Source: Candidatus Evtepia excrementipullorum (GTDB lineage Bacteria > Bacillota > Clostridia > Oscillospirales > Oscillospiraceae). Taken from it: 59,094 bases of DNA. Of this stretch, positions 46,454-58,241 are shown piece by piece. The notes below the pieces were generated by a model. That model worked only from the letters and a program-made list of their open reading frames with translations, was not told where the DNA came from and did not search any database. A program made the translations under genes and the position numbers. Position 1 is the stretch's first letter, and every line of letters starts with the position of its first letter. The DNA is taken from assembly GCA_019118615.1 (NCBI GenBank), contig DWYQ01000133.1:1-59094 (forward strand). Reading direction: 5' to 3'.

Positions 46454-48121
46454 TTAGAAGAGGCCTTCGATCCGGCCGTTCTCGTCCACGTCGATCTTCT
46501 CTGCGGCGGGAACCTTGGGCAGGCCGGGCATGGTGAGGATCTCCCCGGTGAGGGCCACGATAAAGCCGGCCCCGGCGGAAACCTTCAGGTTCCGCACGGT
46601 AACGGTGAAGCCCTCCGGCGCTCCCAGGAGGGAGGCGTTGTCCGAGAAGCTGTACTGGGTCTTTGCCATGCAGATGGGGTAGGTGCCGTAGCCCTGGTCC
46701 GTCAGCTGCTTGGCCTGCTTCTTGGCGTTGGAGGTGAGAACCACGTCCTTGCCGTGGTAGATCTTGGTGACAATGGTCTGGAGCTTCTCCTCAATGGTGG
46801 TGTCCAGCTCATAGGAGGGATGGTAGTGGTTGGGCTGCTCACACAGGCGGACCACTTCCTCGGCCAGAGCACGGCCCCCCTCGCCCCCCTTGGCCCACAC
46901 CTCGGAGAGGGCCACGTTGACCCCCAGTTCCTTGCACTTGGCCTCGATGAGGGCCAGTTCTGCCTCGGTGTCCAGGGGGAAGCGGTTGATGGCCACCACG
47001 CAGGGCAGGCCAAAGACCTTGGTGATGTTCTCCACATGGCGCAGGAGGTTGGGTAGGCCCTTCTCCAGGGCTTCCAGGTTCTCGGTGCCCAGGTCGGCCT
47101 TAGCGACACCGCCGTGGTGCTTCAGGGCCCGCACCGTGGCCACCACCACCACCGCGTCGGGGTGGATGTCCGCCATGCGGCACTTGATGTCCAGGAATTT
47201 CTCCGCCCCCAGGTCGGCGCCGAAGCCGGCCTCGGTGACCGCATAGTCCCCCAGTTTCAGGGCCGCCTTGGTGGCCATGATGGAGTTGCAGCCGTGGGCG
47301 ATGTTGGCAAAGGGGCCCCCGTGGATGAGGGCAGGAGTGCCCTCCAGGGTCTGGACCAGGTTGGGTTTCAGCGCGTCCTTCAGCAGGGCGGTCATGGCCC
47401 CGGCGGCCTTCAGATCCCCAGCGGTGACGGGCTTGTCATCGTAGGTGTAGGCCACCACCATGCGGCTCAGCCGCTCCTTCAAATCGGTGATGGAGGTGGC
47501 CAGGCACAGCACCGCCATAACCTCGGAGGCCACGGTGATGTCGAACCCGTCCTCCCGGGGCACGCCCTGCATCCGGCCGCCCAGGCCGTCTACAATGTTG
47601 CGCAGCTGGCGGTCGTTCATGTCCACGCAGCGCTTCCAGGTGATCTTCTTCACGTCAATGCCCAGGGAATTGCCCTGCTGAATGTGGTTGTCCAGCATCG
47701 CGGCCAGCAGATTATTGGCTGCGCCAATGGCGTGGAAGTCCCCGGTGAAGTGGAGGTTGATGTCCTCCATAGGCACCACCTGGGCATAGCCGCCGCCGGC
47801 GGCCCCGCCCTTCAGGCCGAAGACCGGGCCCAGAGAGGGCTCCCGCAGGGCCACCACGGATTTCTTGCCGATCTTTCGCAGGCCGTCGGCCAGGCCCACG
47901 GTGGTGGTGGTCTTCCCTTCCCCGGCAGGGGTGGGGGTGATGGCGGTGACCAGGATCAGCTTGCCGTCTGGTCCCTGGTGGTCCTGGAAAAACTTGGTGT
48001 CGATCTTGGCTTTGTAGTTGCCGTACTGCTCCAGGTACTCCTCCGCAATGCCGGCCTCCCGGGCGATGTCCCGAATGTGCTGCATGGGGCAGGCCTGGGC
48101 GATCTCAATGTCACTCCGCAT
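46454..48121 (-). CDS. fhs: Formate--tetrahydrofolate ligase
   Basis: [38 protein letters not shown]. Confidence 0.97.
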   Translation of the reverse strand: MRSDIEIAQACPMQHIRDIAREAGIAEEYLEQYGNYKAKIDTKFFQDHQGPDGKLILVTAITPTPAGEGKTTTTVGLADGLRKIGKKSVVALREPSLGPVFGLKGGAAGGGYAQVVPMEDINLHFTGDFHAIGAANNLLAAMLDNHIQQGNSLGIDVKKITWKRCVDMNDRQLRNIVDGLGGRMQGVPREDGFDITVASEVMAVLCLATSITDLKERLSRMVVAYTYDDKPVTAGDLKAAGAMTALLKDALKPNLVQTLEGTPALIHGGPFANIAHGCNSIMATKAALKLGDYAVTEAGFGADLGAEKFLDIKCRMADIHPDAVVVVATVRALKHHGGVAKADLGTENLEALEKGLPNLLRHVENITKVFGLPCVVAINRFPLDTEAELALIEAKCKELGVNVALSEVWAKGGEGGRALAEEVVRLCEQPNHYHPSYELDTTIEEKLQTIVTKIYHGKDVVLTSNAKKQAKQLTDQGYGTYPICMAKTQYSFSDNASLLGAPEGFTVTVRNLKVSAGAGFIVALTGEILTMPGLPKVPAAEKIDVDENGRIEGLF

Positions 48122-48169
48122 GGGAATCCTCTCCTTTCTTTTCTGGAAAACTTGGCTGGATCAATGGGC

Positions 48170-49675
48170 TTACTGGCCGCCGCTGGTGGTGCGGAGGGTG
48201 ACGTCATGGTAGCCGCCCTCCACAATGCTGGTGGCAGAGACCAGGGTGAGCTTGGCGTTCTGCTGCAGGTCGGGAATGGTGATCACGCCGCAGTTGCACA
48301 TGGTGGACTTGACCTTGTACAGGCTCTTCTCCACGTTGTCGTGGAGGGAACCGGCGTAGGCCACGTAGGAGTCCACGCCTTCCTCAAAGGCCAGGTCGTT
48401 CTTGCCGCCCAGGTCATAGCGTTGCCAGTTGCGGGCGCGGTTAGACCCCTCGCCCCAGTATTCCTTCACGTAGGCGCCGTTGACCATGAGTTTGTTGGTG
48501 GGGCTCTCGTCGAACCGGGCGAAGTACCGGCCCAGCATCAGGAAGTCGGCCCCCATGGCCAGGGCCAGGGTCATGTGGAAGTCAAAGACGATGCCGCCGT
48601 CGGAGCAGATGGGCACATAGACGCCGGTCTCCTTGAAATACTCATCCCGGGCCGCTGCCACCTCGATGAGGGCGGAGGCCTGGCCGCGGCCGATGCCCTT
48701 GGTCTCCCGGGTGATGCAGATGGAGCCGCCGCCGATGCCTACCTTCACAAAGTCGGCCCCGGCCCGGGCCAGGAAGCGGAAGCCCTCCCGGTCCACCACG
48801 TTGCCGGCGCCCACCTTGACGGTGTCGCCGTACTTCTCCCGGATGAAGTCGATGGTCTTTTTCTGCCAGACGGAGTACCCCTCGGAGGAGTCAATGCACA
48901 GGATATCGGCCCCGGCCTCCACCAAAGCGGGCACCCGTTCCTCGTAGTCCTTGGAGTTGATGCCGGCCCCCACCAGGTAGCGCTTGTCGGCGTCCTGGAG
49001 GGCCAGGGGGTGCTCCTTGTGCTCGGAGTAGTCCTTGCGGAAGACGAAGTACATCAGGTGATCCTCGTCGTCCACCACCGGCAGGGCGTTGAGCTTATTG
49101 TCCCAAATGATGTCGTTGGCCTCCTTCAAGGTGGTGGAGGCAGGGGCGGTGATGAGCTTTTCCCGGGGGGTCATGAAGTCCCGTACGGGAACGTCGGTGC
49201 TCATCCGGGTTACCCGGTAGTCCCGGCTGGTGACCAGCCCCAGGAGCTTGCCGTTGGGGGTGGCATCCTCGGTGATGGCCACGGTGGAGAAGCCGTTCTT
49301 CTCCTTCAGGGCCAGCACATCTGCCAGGGTATGGTCCGGGGTGAGGTTGGAGGCGCTGATGACGAAGCCGGCCTTGCTGCTCTTCACCCGGCGGACCATG
49401 GCGGCCTCATCGGCGATGGACTGGGAGCCGTAGATGAAGGACAGGCCCCCCTCCTTGGCCAGGGCCACGGCCAGGGTGTCGTTGGACACGGCCTGCATGA
49501 TGGCGGAGACCAGGGGGATGTTCAGGCTGATGGGGCACTCCTCCTCCCCCTTCCGATACTTCACCAGAGGGGTCTTGAGGGAGACGTTGTCCGGGATGCA
49601 CTCCTCAGACGTGTAACCCGGCACCAACAGATACTCACTGAAGGTGTGGGAGGGTTCGGGATAGTAATAAGCCAT
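48170..49675 (-). CDS. guaB: IMP dehydrogenase
   Basis: SAIMQAV, CBS pair, [11 protein letters not shown] catalytic Cys, CSDGG, YWGEGS. Confidence 0.95.
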   Translation of the reverse strand: MAYYYPEPSHTFSEYLLVPGYTSEECIPDNVSLKTPLVKYRKGEEECPISLNIPLVSAIMQAVSNDTLAVALAKEGGLSFIYGSQSIADEAAMVRRVKSSKAGFVISASNLTPDHTLADVLALKEKNGFSTVAITEDATPNGKLLGLVTSRDYRVTRMSTDVPVRDFMTPREKLITAPASTTLKEANDIIWDNKLNALPVVDDEDHLMYFVFRKDYSEHKEHPLALQDADKRYLVGAGINSKDYEERVPALVEAGADILCIDSSEGYSVWQKKTIDFIREKYGDTVKVGAGNVVDREGFRFLARAGADFVKVGIGGGSICITRETKGIGRGQASALIEVAAARDEYFKETGVYVPICSDGGIVFDFHMTLALAMGADFLMLGRYFARFDESPTNKLMVNGAYVKEYWGEGSNRARNWQRYDLGGKNDLAFEEGVDSYVAYAGSLHDNVEKSLYKVKSTMCNCGVITIPDLQQNAKLTLVSATSIVEGGYHDVTLRTTSGGQ

Positions 49676-49696
49676 GTGGGGCTCCTCCTTTCGTTC

Positions 49697-52600
49697 TCAC
49701 AGGAAATACTCCACCGCCGAGCGGAAGAGCTTCATGTCATAGTCACCGGGGACGTTCTGATACAGGCCGGGGCCGGTGCGTTCGCTGTGGCCCATCTTAC
49801 CCAGGACCCGCCCGTCGGGAGAGGTGATGCCCTCGATGGCCCAGACGGAGTTGTTGGGGTTAAAGTGGACATCGGCGGTGGGATTGCCTGCCAGGTCCAC
49901 GTACTGGGTGGCGATCTGCCCGTTGTCCGCCAGCTGCTGGACCAGTTCCTGGGAGGCCAGGAACCGCCCCTCCCCGTGGGAGATGGGCACGGTGTACACC
50001 TCCCCGGGCTTGGTGTTCATGAGCCAGGGGGACTTGTTGGAGGCCACCCGGGTGTGTACCAGGCGGGACTGGTGCCGGCCGATGGTGTTGAAGGTGAGGG
50101 TGGGGCAATGCTCGTCGGTGTCGACGATCTCCCCGTAGGGTACCAGGCCCAGTTTGATGAGGGCCTGGAAGCCGTTGCAGATGCCCAGCATCAGGCCATC
50201 CCGGTTTTTCAGCAGGTCGTGGACCTGGTCCTTCAGCTTCTCTGCCCGGAAGAAGGAGGTGATGAGCTTGGCCGAGCCGTCGGGCTCGTCGCCGCCGGAG
50301 AAGCCGCCGGGGAGGAAGACCATCTGGGCCTGGGCCAGCTTCTGGGCCACCAGGTCCATGGACTGGGCGATATCCCCTGCGGTGAGGTTCTTGATGACCA
50401 CAATCTCCGGCACGGCCCCCGCCTGGGCCATGGCCTTGGCGGCGTCATACTCGCAGTTGGTGCCGGGGAAGACGGGGATGAGCACCCGGGGCTGGGGGGC
50501 CTTGATGAGGGGTTTCTTCCAGCTGTCGCTCTCGTAGGACAGGGTGGGGATGGCCTCCCCGCCCTGAGGGATGTTGCAGGGATAGATGGGTTCCAGCTTG
50601 CCCTCATAGGCCGCCAGCAGCTCCTGGGCGGTGAGGGTCTGGCCGTTCCAGGTGAGGTCGCCGGTCTCCGTGGTGGTACCCAGGGACAGGCCGATGGTTT
50701 CCTTATTATCGGTCAGCTCCAGGATGAAGGAGCCGTAGGCATAGGAGAAGAGCTCGTCCAAGGTGCAGCCGGGGTCAAAGGCCAGGCCGATGCCATTGCC
50801 CAGGGACATCTTCAAGATCCCCTCTGCCACCCCGCCGTAGCCGGGGGTATAGGCGGCCAGGACCTTGCCCTTCTTCACCAGGCGGTTCACCGTCTGGTAG
50901 ACCTTTTTCAGGGAGGCTGCCACCGGCAGGCCGTCCGGGCCGTACTCGGGGCAGAGCCACACCACCGGATGGCCGGCCCCCTTGAACTCGGGGGAGAGGA
51001 TGCGGCTCACCTTGTCGGTGGTCACGGCAAAGGACACCAAGGTGGGGGGGACGTCCAGGTCCTCGAAGGAGCCGCTCATGGAGTCCTTGCCGCCGATGGC
51101 GGCGATCTCCAACTCCTTCTGAGCCCGGTAGGCCCCCAGGAGAGCGGCCAAAGGCTGGCCCCAGCGGTGGGGATCCTTCCCCAGCTTCTGGAAGTACTCC
51201 TGGAAGCTCAGGTAGGTCTCCTTCAAATCGGCGCCGGTGGCCACCAGTTTGGACACCGACTCGATGACCGCCAGGTAGGCCCCGTGGTAGGGGCTCTTCT
51301 CGGTGATATAGGGGTTATAGCCCCAGGCCATCAGGGAGCAGGTGTCGGTCTCCCCTTCCTCCCGGGAGATCTTGTTGACCATGGCCTGGGTGGGGGTGAG
51401 CTGATACTTGCCGCCAAAGGGCATGAGGACAGTGCCCCGGCCGATGGTGGAGTCAAACCGCTCCGACAGGCCCCGCTTGGAGCAGACGTTCAGGTCCGCT
51501 GCCAGATCCAGGTAGCCCTGGCGGAAGTCCTTCACCTGGTCCTTCAGGATGGACTCCGGGGCGGCGGTGATGGCGGTGGTGTGCTTCTCCACCCCATTGG
51601 TGTCTAGGAAGGCGCGGGCGATGTCCACGATGGTGTTGCCGTTCCAGGTCATGGTGAGGCGGCCCTGGTCTGTGACCGTGGCCACCACCGTGGCCTCCAG
51701 GTTCTCCTGGTCGGCCAGTTCCATGAACCGGGGGGCGTCCTGGGCTTCCACCACCACGGCCATCCGCTCCTGGGATTCGCTGATGGCAAGCTCGGTGCCG
51801 TCCAGGCCCTCGTACTTCTTGGGGACCTGGTTGAGGTCGATGGCCAGGCCCTCGGCCAGCTCGCCGATGGCCACGGAGACCCCGCCGGCGCCGAAGTCGT
51901 TGCAGCGCTTAATCAGGCGGGAGGCCTCAGGGTTACGGAAGAGGCGCTGGAGCTTCCGCTCCTCCGGGGCGTTGCCCTTCTGCACCTCCGCCCCGCAGGT
52001 CTCCAGGGAGGCGGTGGTGTGGGACTTGGAGGAGCCGGTGGCCCCGCCGCAGCCGTCCCGGCCTGTTCGGCCGCCCAGGAGAATCACCACATCCCCGGGG
52101 GCAGGCCGCTCCCGCCGGACGTTGGCGGCAGGGGCAGCGGCGATCACCGCGCCGATCTCCATGCGCTTGGCGGCATAGCCGGGGTGGTAGAGCTCGTCCA
52201 CCTGGCCGGTGGCCAGGCCGATCTGGTTGCCATAGGAGGAGTACCCCGCAGCCGCCTTGGTGACGATGGTCCGCTGGGGGAGCTTACCGGCCATGGTCTC
52301 CTCAATGGGGGTGAGGGGGTTGGCTGCGCCGGTCAGGCGCATGGCGGAGTAGACATAGGACCGGCCGGAGAGGGGGTCCCGGATGGCGCCGCCCACGCAG
52401 GTGGCTGCGCCGCCGAAGGGCTCAATCTCCGTGGGGTGGTTGTGGGTTTCGTTCTTAAAGAGGAGGAGCCAATCCTCCTTGCCGTGGTCGGTGTCCACCT
52501 TGATCTTCACCGTGCAGGCGTTGACCTCCTCGGACTCGTCCAGGTGGGGCATCTTCCCCTGCTTTTTCAGGTACTTGGCCACAATGGTGCCGATGTCCAT

Positions 52601-53386
52601 GAGGTTCACCGGCTTGGTGCGGCCCAGGCGCTTGCGGGTGTTCAGATAGTCCTCATAGGTCTGCTGGAGGATGGGACTCTGGAACTCCACGGCGTCAATG
52701 GTGGTCAGGAAGGTGGTGTGGCGGCAGTGGTCAGACCAATAGGTGTCGATCACCCGCAGCTCGGTGATGGTGGGGTCCCGGTCCTCAGAGCGGAAGTAAT
52801 CCCGGCAGAAACGCAGGTCATCCAGGTCCATGGCCAGGCCGTAGTCGGCCACCATGGCGGCCAGGCCGTCCTCGTCCAGCTCCCGGAAGCCGTTGAGGGT
52901 GGCCACCGTCTCGGGGATAGCGTAGTCCATGGCCAGGGTGTCGAAAGGCTCCAGCGAGGCCTCCCGAGACTCCACGGGGTTGATGAGGTACTTCTTGATG
53001 GCAGCCACCTCTTCCGCCGTCAGGTCCCCAGTGAGGTGGTAGACCCGGGCGGAGCGGACCAGGGGGCGCTCCCCCTGGGAAAGGATCTGGATGCACTGGG
53101 CGGCAGAGTCCGCCCGCTGGTCAAACTGGCCGGGGAGGTACTCCACGGCAAAGAGGATGCCCCCCTCCGGGAGGGTGTCCGTCACCAGGTCCAGCTGGGG
53201 CTCAGACAGGATGGTCCGGACACTGTGGTCAAAGAGCTCCGGCGAGATGTTCTCCACATCGTAGCGGTTGAGCAGCCGCAGCCCCTTCAGGGAGGAGATT
53301 CCCAGCAGGGTGCGGATGTCGCTGGCCAGGGCGTCGGCCTCGGCGGTGAGGCCCGGCCGTTTTTCTACATATACCCGATATACCAT
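49697..53386 (-). CDS. purL: Phosphoribosylformylglycinamidine synthase (large fused Clostridial type)
   Basis: WSDHCRH, ETHNHPTEIEPFGGAAT, DFGAGG, GGKDSMS, glutaminase GICNGFQ..MGHSE. Confidence 0.97.
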   Translation of the reverse strand: MVYRVYVEKRPGLTAEADALASDIRTLLGISSLKGLRLLNRYDVENISPELFDHSVRTILSEPQLDLVTDTLPEGGILFAVEYLPGQFDQRADSAAQCIQILSQGERPLVRSARVYHLTGDLTAEEVAAIKKYLINPVESREASLEPFDTLAMDYAIPETVATLNGFRELDEDGLAAMVADYGLAMDLDDLRFCRDYFRSEDRDPTITELRVIDTYWSDHCRHTTFLTTIDAVEFQSPILQQTYEDYLNTRKRLGRTKPVNLMDIGTIVAKYLKKQGKMPHLDESEEVNACTVKIKVDTDHGKEDWLLLFKNETHNHPTEIEPFGGAATCVGGAIRDPLSGRSYVYSAMRLTGAANPLTPIEETMAGKLPQRTIVTKAAAGYSSYGNQIGLATGQVDELYHPGYAAKRMEIGAVIAAAPAANVRRERPAPGDVVILLGGRTGRDGCGGATGSSKSHTTASLETCGAEVQKGNAPEERKLQRLFRNPEASRLIKRCNDFGAGGVSVAIGELAEGLAIDLNQVPKKYEGLDGTELAISESQERMAVVVEAQDAPRFMELADQENLEATVVATVTDQGRLTMTWNGNTIVDIARAFLDTNGVEKHTTAITAAPESILKDQVKDFRQGYLDLAADLNVCSKRGLSERFDSTIGRGTVLMPFGGKYQLTPTQAMVNKISREEGETDTCSLMAWGYNPYITEKSPYHGAYLAVIESVSKLVATGADLKETYLSFQEYFQKLGKDPHRWGQPLAALLGAYRAQKELEIAAIGGKDSMSGSFEDLDVPPTLVSFAVTTDKVSRILSPEFKGAGHPVVWLCPEYGPDGLPVAASLKKVYQTVNRLVKKGKVLAAYTPGYGGVAEGILKMSLGNGIGLAFDPGCTLDELFSYAYGSFILELTDNKETIGLSLGTTTETGDLTWNGQTLTAQELLAAYEGKLEPIYPCNIPQGGEAIPTLSYESDSWKKPLIKAPQPRVLIPVFPGTNCEYDAAKAMAQAGAVPEIVVIKNLTAGDIAQSMDLVAQKLAQAQMVFLPGGFSGGDEPDGSAKLITSFFRAEKLKDQVHDLLKNRDGLMLGICNGFQALIKLGLVPYGEIVDTDEHCPTLTFNTIGRHQSRLVHTRVASNKSPWLMNTKPGEVYTVPISHGEGRFLASQELVQQLADNGQIATQYVDLAGNPTADVHFNPNNSVWAIEGITSPDGRVLGKMGHSERTGPGLYQNVPGDYDMKLFRSAVEYFL

Positions 53387-54661
53387 TTACTTTACCTCTT
53401 CCTCCGCCCGCAGTGCACGGGCGCCGATGTCCTTACGGCAGTAGGCGTTCTGGAAGGTGACCCGGGCCCCCTCCTGGTAGGCCTTGTCGATGGCCTCCTT
53501 CAGGGTGTTCCCCAGGGCCGTGACCCCCAGGACCCGGCCGCCGGAGGTTTTGAGCACGCCGTCCTCCAGCTTGGCCCCGGCGACGAAGACCTGGGCGTCC
53601 AGATCCTCCGGGATGGTGATGGGGAATCCCGTCTCGTACTTCTTGGGATACCCCTCCGAGGCCAGCACCAGGCAGCAGGCGTGCTGGTCCCGGAACTTCA
53701 CCTCGGTCTCGGCCAGGGTACCGTTGGCGGTGGCCTCCATGATGGTGAGCAGGTCGCTCTCCAGCAGGGGGAGGACCACCTGGGTCTCCGGGTCGCCGAA
53801 ACGGCAGTTGTATTCAATGACTTTGGGCCCCTTCTCAGTGAGCATGAGGCCGAAGTAGAGGCACCCCTTGAAGGTGCGCCCCTCGGCGTTCATGGCGCGC
53901 ATGGTGGGCAGGAAGATGGTGTCCATGCACACCCGGGCGATCTCGTCGGTGTAGTAGGGGTTTGGGGCCACGGTGCCCATGCCGCCGGTGTTGGGGCCGG
54001 TGTCCCCATCGCCGATGCGCTTGTGGTCCATGGAGGAGACCATGGGCACCACCACCTTGCCGTCGGTGAAGGAGAGGACCGAGACTTCAGGCCCGGTGAG
54101 AAACTCCTCGATGACGATGTGGCTGCCGCTCTCCCCGAAGACCTTGTCCTCCATGCAGGCACGGACGGCGTCCTCCGCCTCCTGCCGGGTCATGGCCACG
54201 GTGACCCCCTTGCCCAGGGCCAGGCCGTCGGCCTTGACCACCGTGGGGATGGGGGCGGTTTTCAGGTACTCCAAGGCCCGGTCCATGTCGTCAAAGACCT
54301 GGTACTGGGCCGTGGGGATGTGATACTTCTTCATGAGGTCTTTGGAAAAGACCTTGCTGCCCTCCAGGATGGCGGCAGCCTTGTTGGGGCCGAAGCAGGG
54401 AATGCCCACGGCCTCCAGCCGGTCCACCGCCCCCAGAACCAGGGGATCGTCAGGCGCCACCACGGCAAAGTCAATGGCGTTTTCCTGGGCAAAGGCGGTG
54501 ATGGCGTCCAGGTCCTTGGCGCCAATGCCGGTGCAAACGGCGTCGGCGGCCATGCCGCCGTTGCCGGGGGCAGCATAGATCTGGGTGACCCGGGGGCTCT
54601 TTTTCAGGCTCTTGATGATGGCGTGCTCCCGGCCGCCGCCGCCCACAACGAGAATGTTCAT
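53387..54661 (-). CDS. purD: Phosphoribosylamine--glycine ligase
   Basis: GGGGREHA, KADGLALGKGV, GPNTGGMG, EYNCRFGDPE. Confidence 0.97.
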   Translation of the reverse strand: MNILVVGGGGREHAIIKSLKKSPRVTQIYAAPGNGGMAADAVCTGIGAKDLDAITAFAQENAIDFAVVAPDDPLVLGAVDRLEAVGIPCFGPNKAAAILEGSKVFSKDLMKKYHIPTAQYQVFDDMDRALEYLKTAPIPTVVKADGLALGKGVTVAMTRQEAEDAVRACMEDKVFGESGSHIVIEEFLTGPEVSVLSFTDGKVVVPMVSSMDHKRIGDGDTGPNTGGMGTVAPNPYYTDEIARVCMDTIFLPTMRAMNAEGRTFKGCLYFGLMLTEKGPKVIEYNCRFGDPETQVVLPLLESDLLTIMEATANGTLAETEVKFRDQHACCLVLASEGYPKKYETGFPITIPEDLDAQVFVAGAKLEDGVLKTSGGRVLGVTALGNTLKEAIDKAYQEGARVTFQNAYCRKDIGARALRAEEEVK

Positions 54662-54680
54662 TGGGAAGGTCCTCCTTTTC

Positions 54681-55859
54681 TCAGTGGTGGAACAGGCGCA
54701 TGCCGGTGAAGGCCATGACCATGTTGTAACGGTTGGCAGTCTCAATCACATTGTCGTCCCGGATGGACCCACCGGGCTCCACAATGTAGGTCACGCCGGA
54801 CTTTCTCGCCCGCTCCACGTTGTCCCCGAAGGGGAAGAAGGCGTCAGAGCCCACGGTGACCCCGGTCTGGGTGGCAATCCAGTCCTTCTTCTCCTGGGCC
54901 GTGAGGGGCTCCGGACGGACTTTGAACACGGCCTGCCAGGCCCCATCCCGGAGGACGTCCTCATACTCATCGGAGAGGTAGACGTCGATGGCATTGTCCC
55001 GGTCGGGCCGGCGGATGCCGTCCACGAACTGGAGTCCCAAAGCCTTGGGATGCTGGCGGAGGTACCAGTTGTCCGCCTTGTTCCCTGCCAGGCGGGTGCA
55101 GTGGATGCGGCTCTGCTGGCCGGCGCCCACCCCGATGGCCTGCCCGTTCTTCACATAGCACACGGAGTTGGACTGGGTGTATTTGAGGGTGATGAGGGCC
55201 ACGATCATATCGATCTTGGCCTCCTTGGGCAGGTCCTGGTTCTCGGTGACTAGGTTGTTCAGCAGGGACTCGTCAATCTGAAAGTTGTTCCGGCCCTGCT
55301 CAAAGGTGATGCCAAAGACATCCTTGTGCTCCTGGGGGGCGGGGATGTAGTTGGGGTCGATCTTCACCACGTTGTAGTTGCCCTTCTTCTTGCTCTTGAG
55401 GATCTCCAAGGCCTCGGGGGTGTAGTCCGGGGCGATGATGCCGTCGGAGACCTCGTGCTTGAGGTAGGCGGCGGTGGCGGCATCGCAGGTGTCGCTGAGG
55501 GCCGCCCAGTCGCCGTAGGAGCACAGCCGGTCCGCCCCCCGGGCCCGGATGTAAGCGCAGGCGATGGGGCTGAGCTCGGCGGCAGGGTCCACGAAGTAGA
55601 TGGCCTTGTCCGTCTCGCTCAGGGGCAGGCCCACGGCAGCCCCCGCGGGGGAGACGTGCTTGAAGGAGGCCGCGGCAGGCAGGCCGGTGGCCTCCTTGAG
55701 CTCCTTCACCAGCTGCCAGGAATTTAGGGCGTCCAAGAAGTTAATGTACCCCGGCTTGCCGTTGAGGACCTCCAGGGGCAGGTCACCTCCGCCCTGGAGG
55801 AAGATACGGGCAGGCTTCTGGTTGGGGTTACAACCGTATTTCAGTTCCAGTTCGTTCAT
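54681..55859 (-). CDS. purH: AICAR transformylase (PurH C-terminal domain only)
   Basis: Starts at LKYGCNPNQ; SFKHVSPAG, GAGQQSR, SDAFFPF, RLFHH; no N-terminal cyclohydrolase domain. Confidence 0.93.
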   Translation of the reverse strand: MNELELKYGCNPNQKPARIFLQGGGDLPLEVLNGKPGYINFLDALNSWQLVKELKEATGLPAAASFKHVSPAGAAVGLPLSETDKAIYFVDPAAELSPIACAYIRARGADRLCSYGDWAALSDTCDAATAAYLKHEVSDGIIAPDYTPEALEILKSKKKGNYNVVKIDPNYIPAPQEHKDVFGITFEQGRNNFQIDESLLNNLVTENQDLPKEAKIDMIVALITLKYTQSNSVCYVKNGQAIGVGAGQQSRIHCTRLAGNKADNWYLRQHPKALGLQFVDGIRRPDRDNAIDVYLSDEYEDVLRDGAWQAVFKVRPEPLTAQEKKDWIATQTGVTVGSDAFFPFGDNVERARKSGVTYIVEPGGSIRDDNVIETANRYNMVMAFTGMRLFHH

Positions 55860-55877
55860 GGGATTCTCCCTCTCCTC

Positions 55878-56588
55878 TCACTGATATTTGTTCACGATGC
55901 GCTCTTCCCACGTCCCCGTGGCCAGGTCGGTGTAGCGGACGTAGAGGGAGATCTTATTGGCTTCGTTGAGGTTGGACCAAAGTAGGTTCACGCAGTCCTC
56001 CAGAGTGTCCGGAATGGCCACCCGCTCGGGTTCCCCCTGGAAGGTGGGGATGGGGTTGCCGTCGGTGACGTAGGTATGGAGGAAGTGGCCCACCCCGGCC
56101 AGGCCCGGGTAGGCGAAGGTGTACCGGGCGCAGGCGGTGCCTTCGGCATCGGCGCTCTTCAGGATGGAGAGCTTGTAGCTGCCGTCCGGGGAGAGCAGGC
56201 CAGAGATCCGGGGGGTCCAGTTGGGCCCGTCGGGCTCAAAGGCCCGGGTGGACAGGGCCTGCTCAAAGGGAAGGCCCTGCTCCAGGAAGTCCCGGATGGT
56301 GTCGGTCTGGTCCCCGTTGGTGACGATGAGGCCCCGGCCCATCTGCCGGACGGGGTGATAGATGATGAGGCTGGGGTCAGCCAGCTTGGCCGGGTCATAG
56401 GCCTGGGTGCGGATGCCGTCGGGCTCCTTCACGAAGACCCGGTTGCGGCTGTTCTCGCTGCGGCCCATGATGAAGTAGGCCGCCACCGACTGCTTCCCGT
56501 CGGCGGTCTTTCCCAGAACAATGCCCCGGCCGGGGTAGGGGTTCCCTGCCAGCAGGGCTGCCAGGTCGTGGGTTTCGTAGACGTTCAT
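55878..56588 (-). CDS. Stand-alone IMP cyclohydrolase (PurO-like Ntn fold)
   Basis: YPGRGI, MGRSENSRNR, TNGDQTD, EPDGPNWTPRISG; located between purN and the transformylase-only purH. Confidence 0.88.
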   Translation of the reverse strand: MNVYETHDLAALLAGNPYPGRGIVLGKTADGKQSVAAYFIMGRSENSRNRVFVKEPDGIRTQAYDPAKLADPSLIIYHPVRQMGRGLIVTNGDQTDTIRDFLEQGLPFEQALSTRAFEPDGPNWTPRISGLLSPDGSYKLSILKSADAEGTACARYTFAYPGLAGVGHFLHTYVTDGNPIPTFQGEPERVAIPDTLEDCVNLLWSNLNEANKISLYVRYTDLATGTWEERIVNKYQ

Positions 56589-57199
56589 TGGTCCTTCTCC
56601 CTCCTGATCTCTTCCGATATCATCTGGGTGGCCTGGGGCAGGAGGATCCACTCCGCCTGCTCCATCACCCGTCGCTGCAGCACTTCCGGGGTGTCCCCAG
56701 GCAGCACCTCCACCGCCTTTTGGAGGAGGATCTCTCCCCCGTCAGGCACTTCGTTGACGAAGTGGACGGTGGCACCGGTGACCTTCACCCCATAGGCCAG
56801 GGCGGCCTCGTGAACCTTCAGTCCATAGTATCCTTTCCCGCAGAAGGAGGGGATCAGAGAGGGGTGGACGTTAAGGATCCGCCGGGGCCAGCGGCTGGTG
56901 AAGTCTTCACTGAGAATGCTCATAAATCCTGCCAAGACGATGAGTTCCACCCCATGGTCCGCCAGGGCCTGGGAGATGGCGGCCTCAAAGGCCGCCTGGC
57001 TGCCCAGTTCCTTCCGGCTGCACACCACCGCGGGGACCCCTGCCTGGGCCGCCCGGGTGAGGGCATAGGCCTTGGCGTTGCTGGCAACTACCAGGACGAT
57101 CTCTCCGTCGGTGAGCAGGCCGCTCTGCTGGGCATCCAGCAGAGCTTGAAGGTTGGTGCCCCCGCCGGAGACCAGTACGGCAATCTTTGTCTTTACCAT
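56585..57199 (-). CDS. purN: Phosphoribosylglycinamide formyltransferase
   Basis: [33 protein letters not shown]. Confidence 0.96.
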   Translation of the reverse strand: MVKTKIAVLVSGGGTNLQALLDAQQSGLLTDGEIVLVVASNAKAYALTRAAQAGVPAVVCSRKELGSQAAFEAAISQALADHGVELIVLAGFMSILSEDFTSRWPRRILNVHPSLIPSFCGKGYYGLKVHEAALAYGVKVTGATVHFVNEVPDGGEILLQKAVEVLPGDTPEVLQRRVMEQAEWILLPQATQMISEEIRREKDQ

Positions 57200-58236
57200 A
57201 GGATCACGCCCTCGTCCCCGGGCACGATCTCACCCAGGCGCACGGGGGTCTCCCCGGCGGCCTGGAGGGCGGCCATGGCCTGGTCGGCCTCCTCTTTGGC
57301 CACCACCACGGTCATGCCGATGCCCATGTTGAAGGTGTTGAACATCTCCCGCCGGGGGATGTTCCCCTTGGCCTGGATGAGGTCAAAGATGGGCAGGACG
57401 GGCACGTCAGCTTCCTTGATCTTGGCGGTCATCCCCTGGGGCAGGCTGCGGGGGATGTTCTCGTAGAAGCCCCCGCCGGTGATGTGGGAGACCGACTTGA
57501 TGGTCACCTTCTCCATGAGGGCCAGGATGCTCTTCACATAGATCCGGGTAGGGGTGAGAAGGGTCTCCCCCAGGCTCTTGCCCCCCAGAGCGTCCACAGG
57601 GGCCTTCAGGTCGGTGTGCTCCACGTCCAACACCTTGCGCACCAGGGAGAACCCATTGGAGTGCACCCCGGAGGAGGGCAGACCCAGGATCACATCCCCG
57701 GGCTGGATCTTGGTCTTGTCAAAGACTTTGGCCTTATCCACTACGCCCACGGAGAAGCCTGCCAGGTCGTACTCGTCCACGGGGTAGAACCCGGGCATCT
57801 CGGCGGTCTCCCCGCCGATGAGGGCGGCCCCGGACTGCACGCACCCCTCGGCCACGCCGGAGACGATCTGGGCGATCTTCTCCGGCACGTTTTTCCCGCA
57901 GGCGATGTAGTCCAGGAAGAACAGGGGCTTGGCCCCCACGCAGATGATGTCGTTGACGCACATGGCCACGCAGTCGATGCCCACGGTGTCGTGCTGGTCC
58001 ATGAGGAAGGCCAGCTTGAGCTTGGTGCCCACCCCGTCGGTGCCGGAGACCAGGACAGGGTGGGTGATCCCCGTCAGGTCCAGTGCAAACAGGCCGCCGA
58101 AGCCGCCAATGTCGGACAGGGCGCCGGCGGTCATGGTCTTGGCAATGTGGGTCTTCATGAGCTCCACCGCTTTGTAGCCGGCGGTAATGTCCACCCCGGC
58201 GGCGGCGTAGCTGTCGGATCTCGATTGCTGATTCAT
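57193..58236 (-). CDS. purM: Phosphoribosylformylglycinamidine cyclo-ligase
   Basis: [42 protein letters not shown]. Confidence 0.97.
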   Translation of the reverse strand: MNQQSRSDSYAAAGVDITAGYKAVELMKTHIAKTMTAGALSDIGGFGGLFALDLTGITHPVLVSGTDGVGTKLKLAFLMDQHDTVGIDCVAMCVNDIICVGAKPLFFLDYIACGKNVPEKIAQIVSGVAEGCVQSGAALIGGETAEMPGFYPVDEYDLAGFSVGVVDKAKVFDKTKIQPGDVILGLPSSGVHSNGFSLVRKVLDVEHTDLKAPVDALGGKSLGETLLTPTRIYVKSILALMEKVTIKSVSHITGGGFYENIPRSLPQGMTAKIKEADVPVLPIFDLIQAKGNIPRREMFNTFNMGIGMTVVVAKEEADQAMAALQAAGETPVRLGEIVPGDEGVILW

Positions 58237-58241
58237 CACAC

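Noticed and set aside
48122-48169. ZTP or THF riboswitch before fhs
   Set aside because: The gap is only 48 bp and holds little more than the RBS.
47114-54709. Very long plus-strand ORFs (1497 aa at 47114-51607 and 896 aa at 52019-54709)
   Set aside because: They are antisense shadows of fhs/guaB/purL/purD caused by high GC3 codon bias; they have no motifs and the typical V/G/H/L-rich shadow composition.
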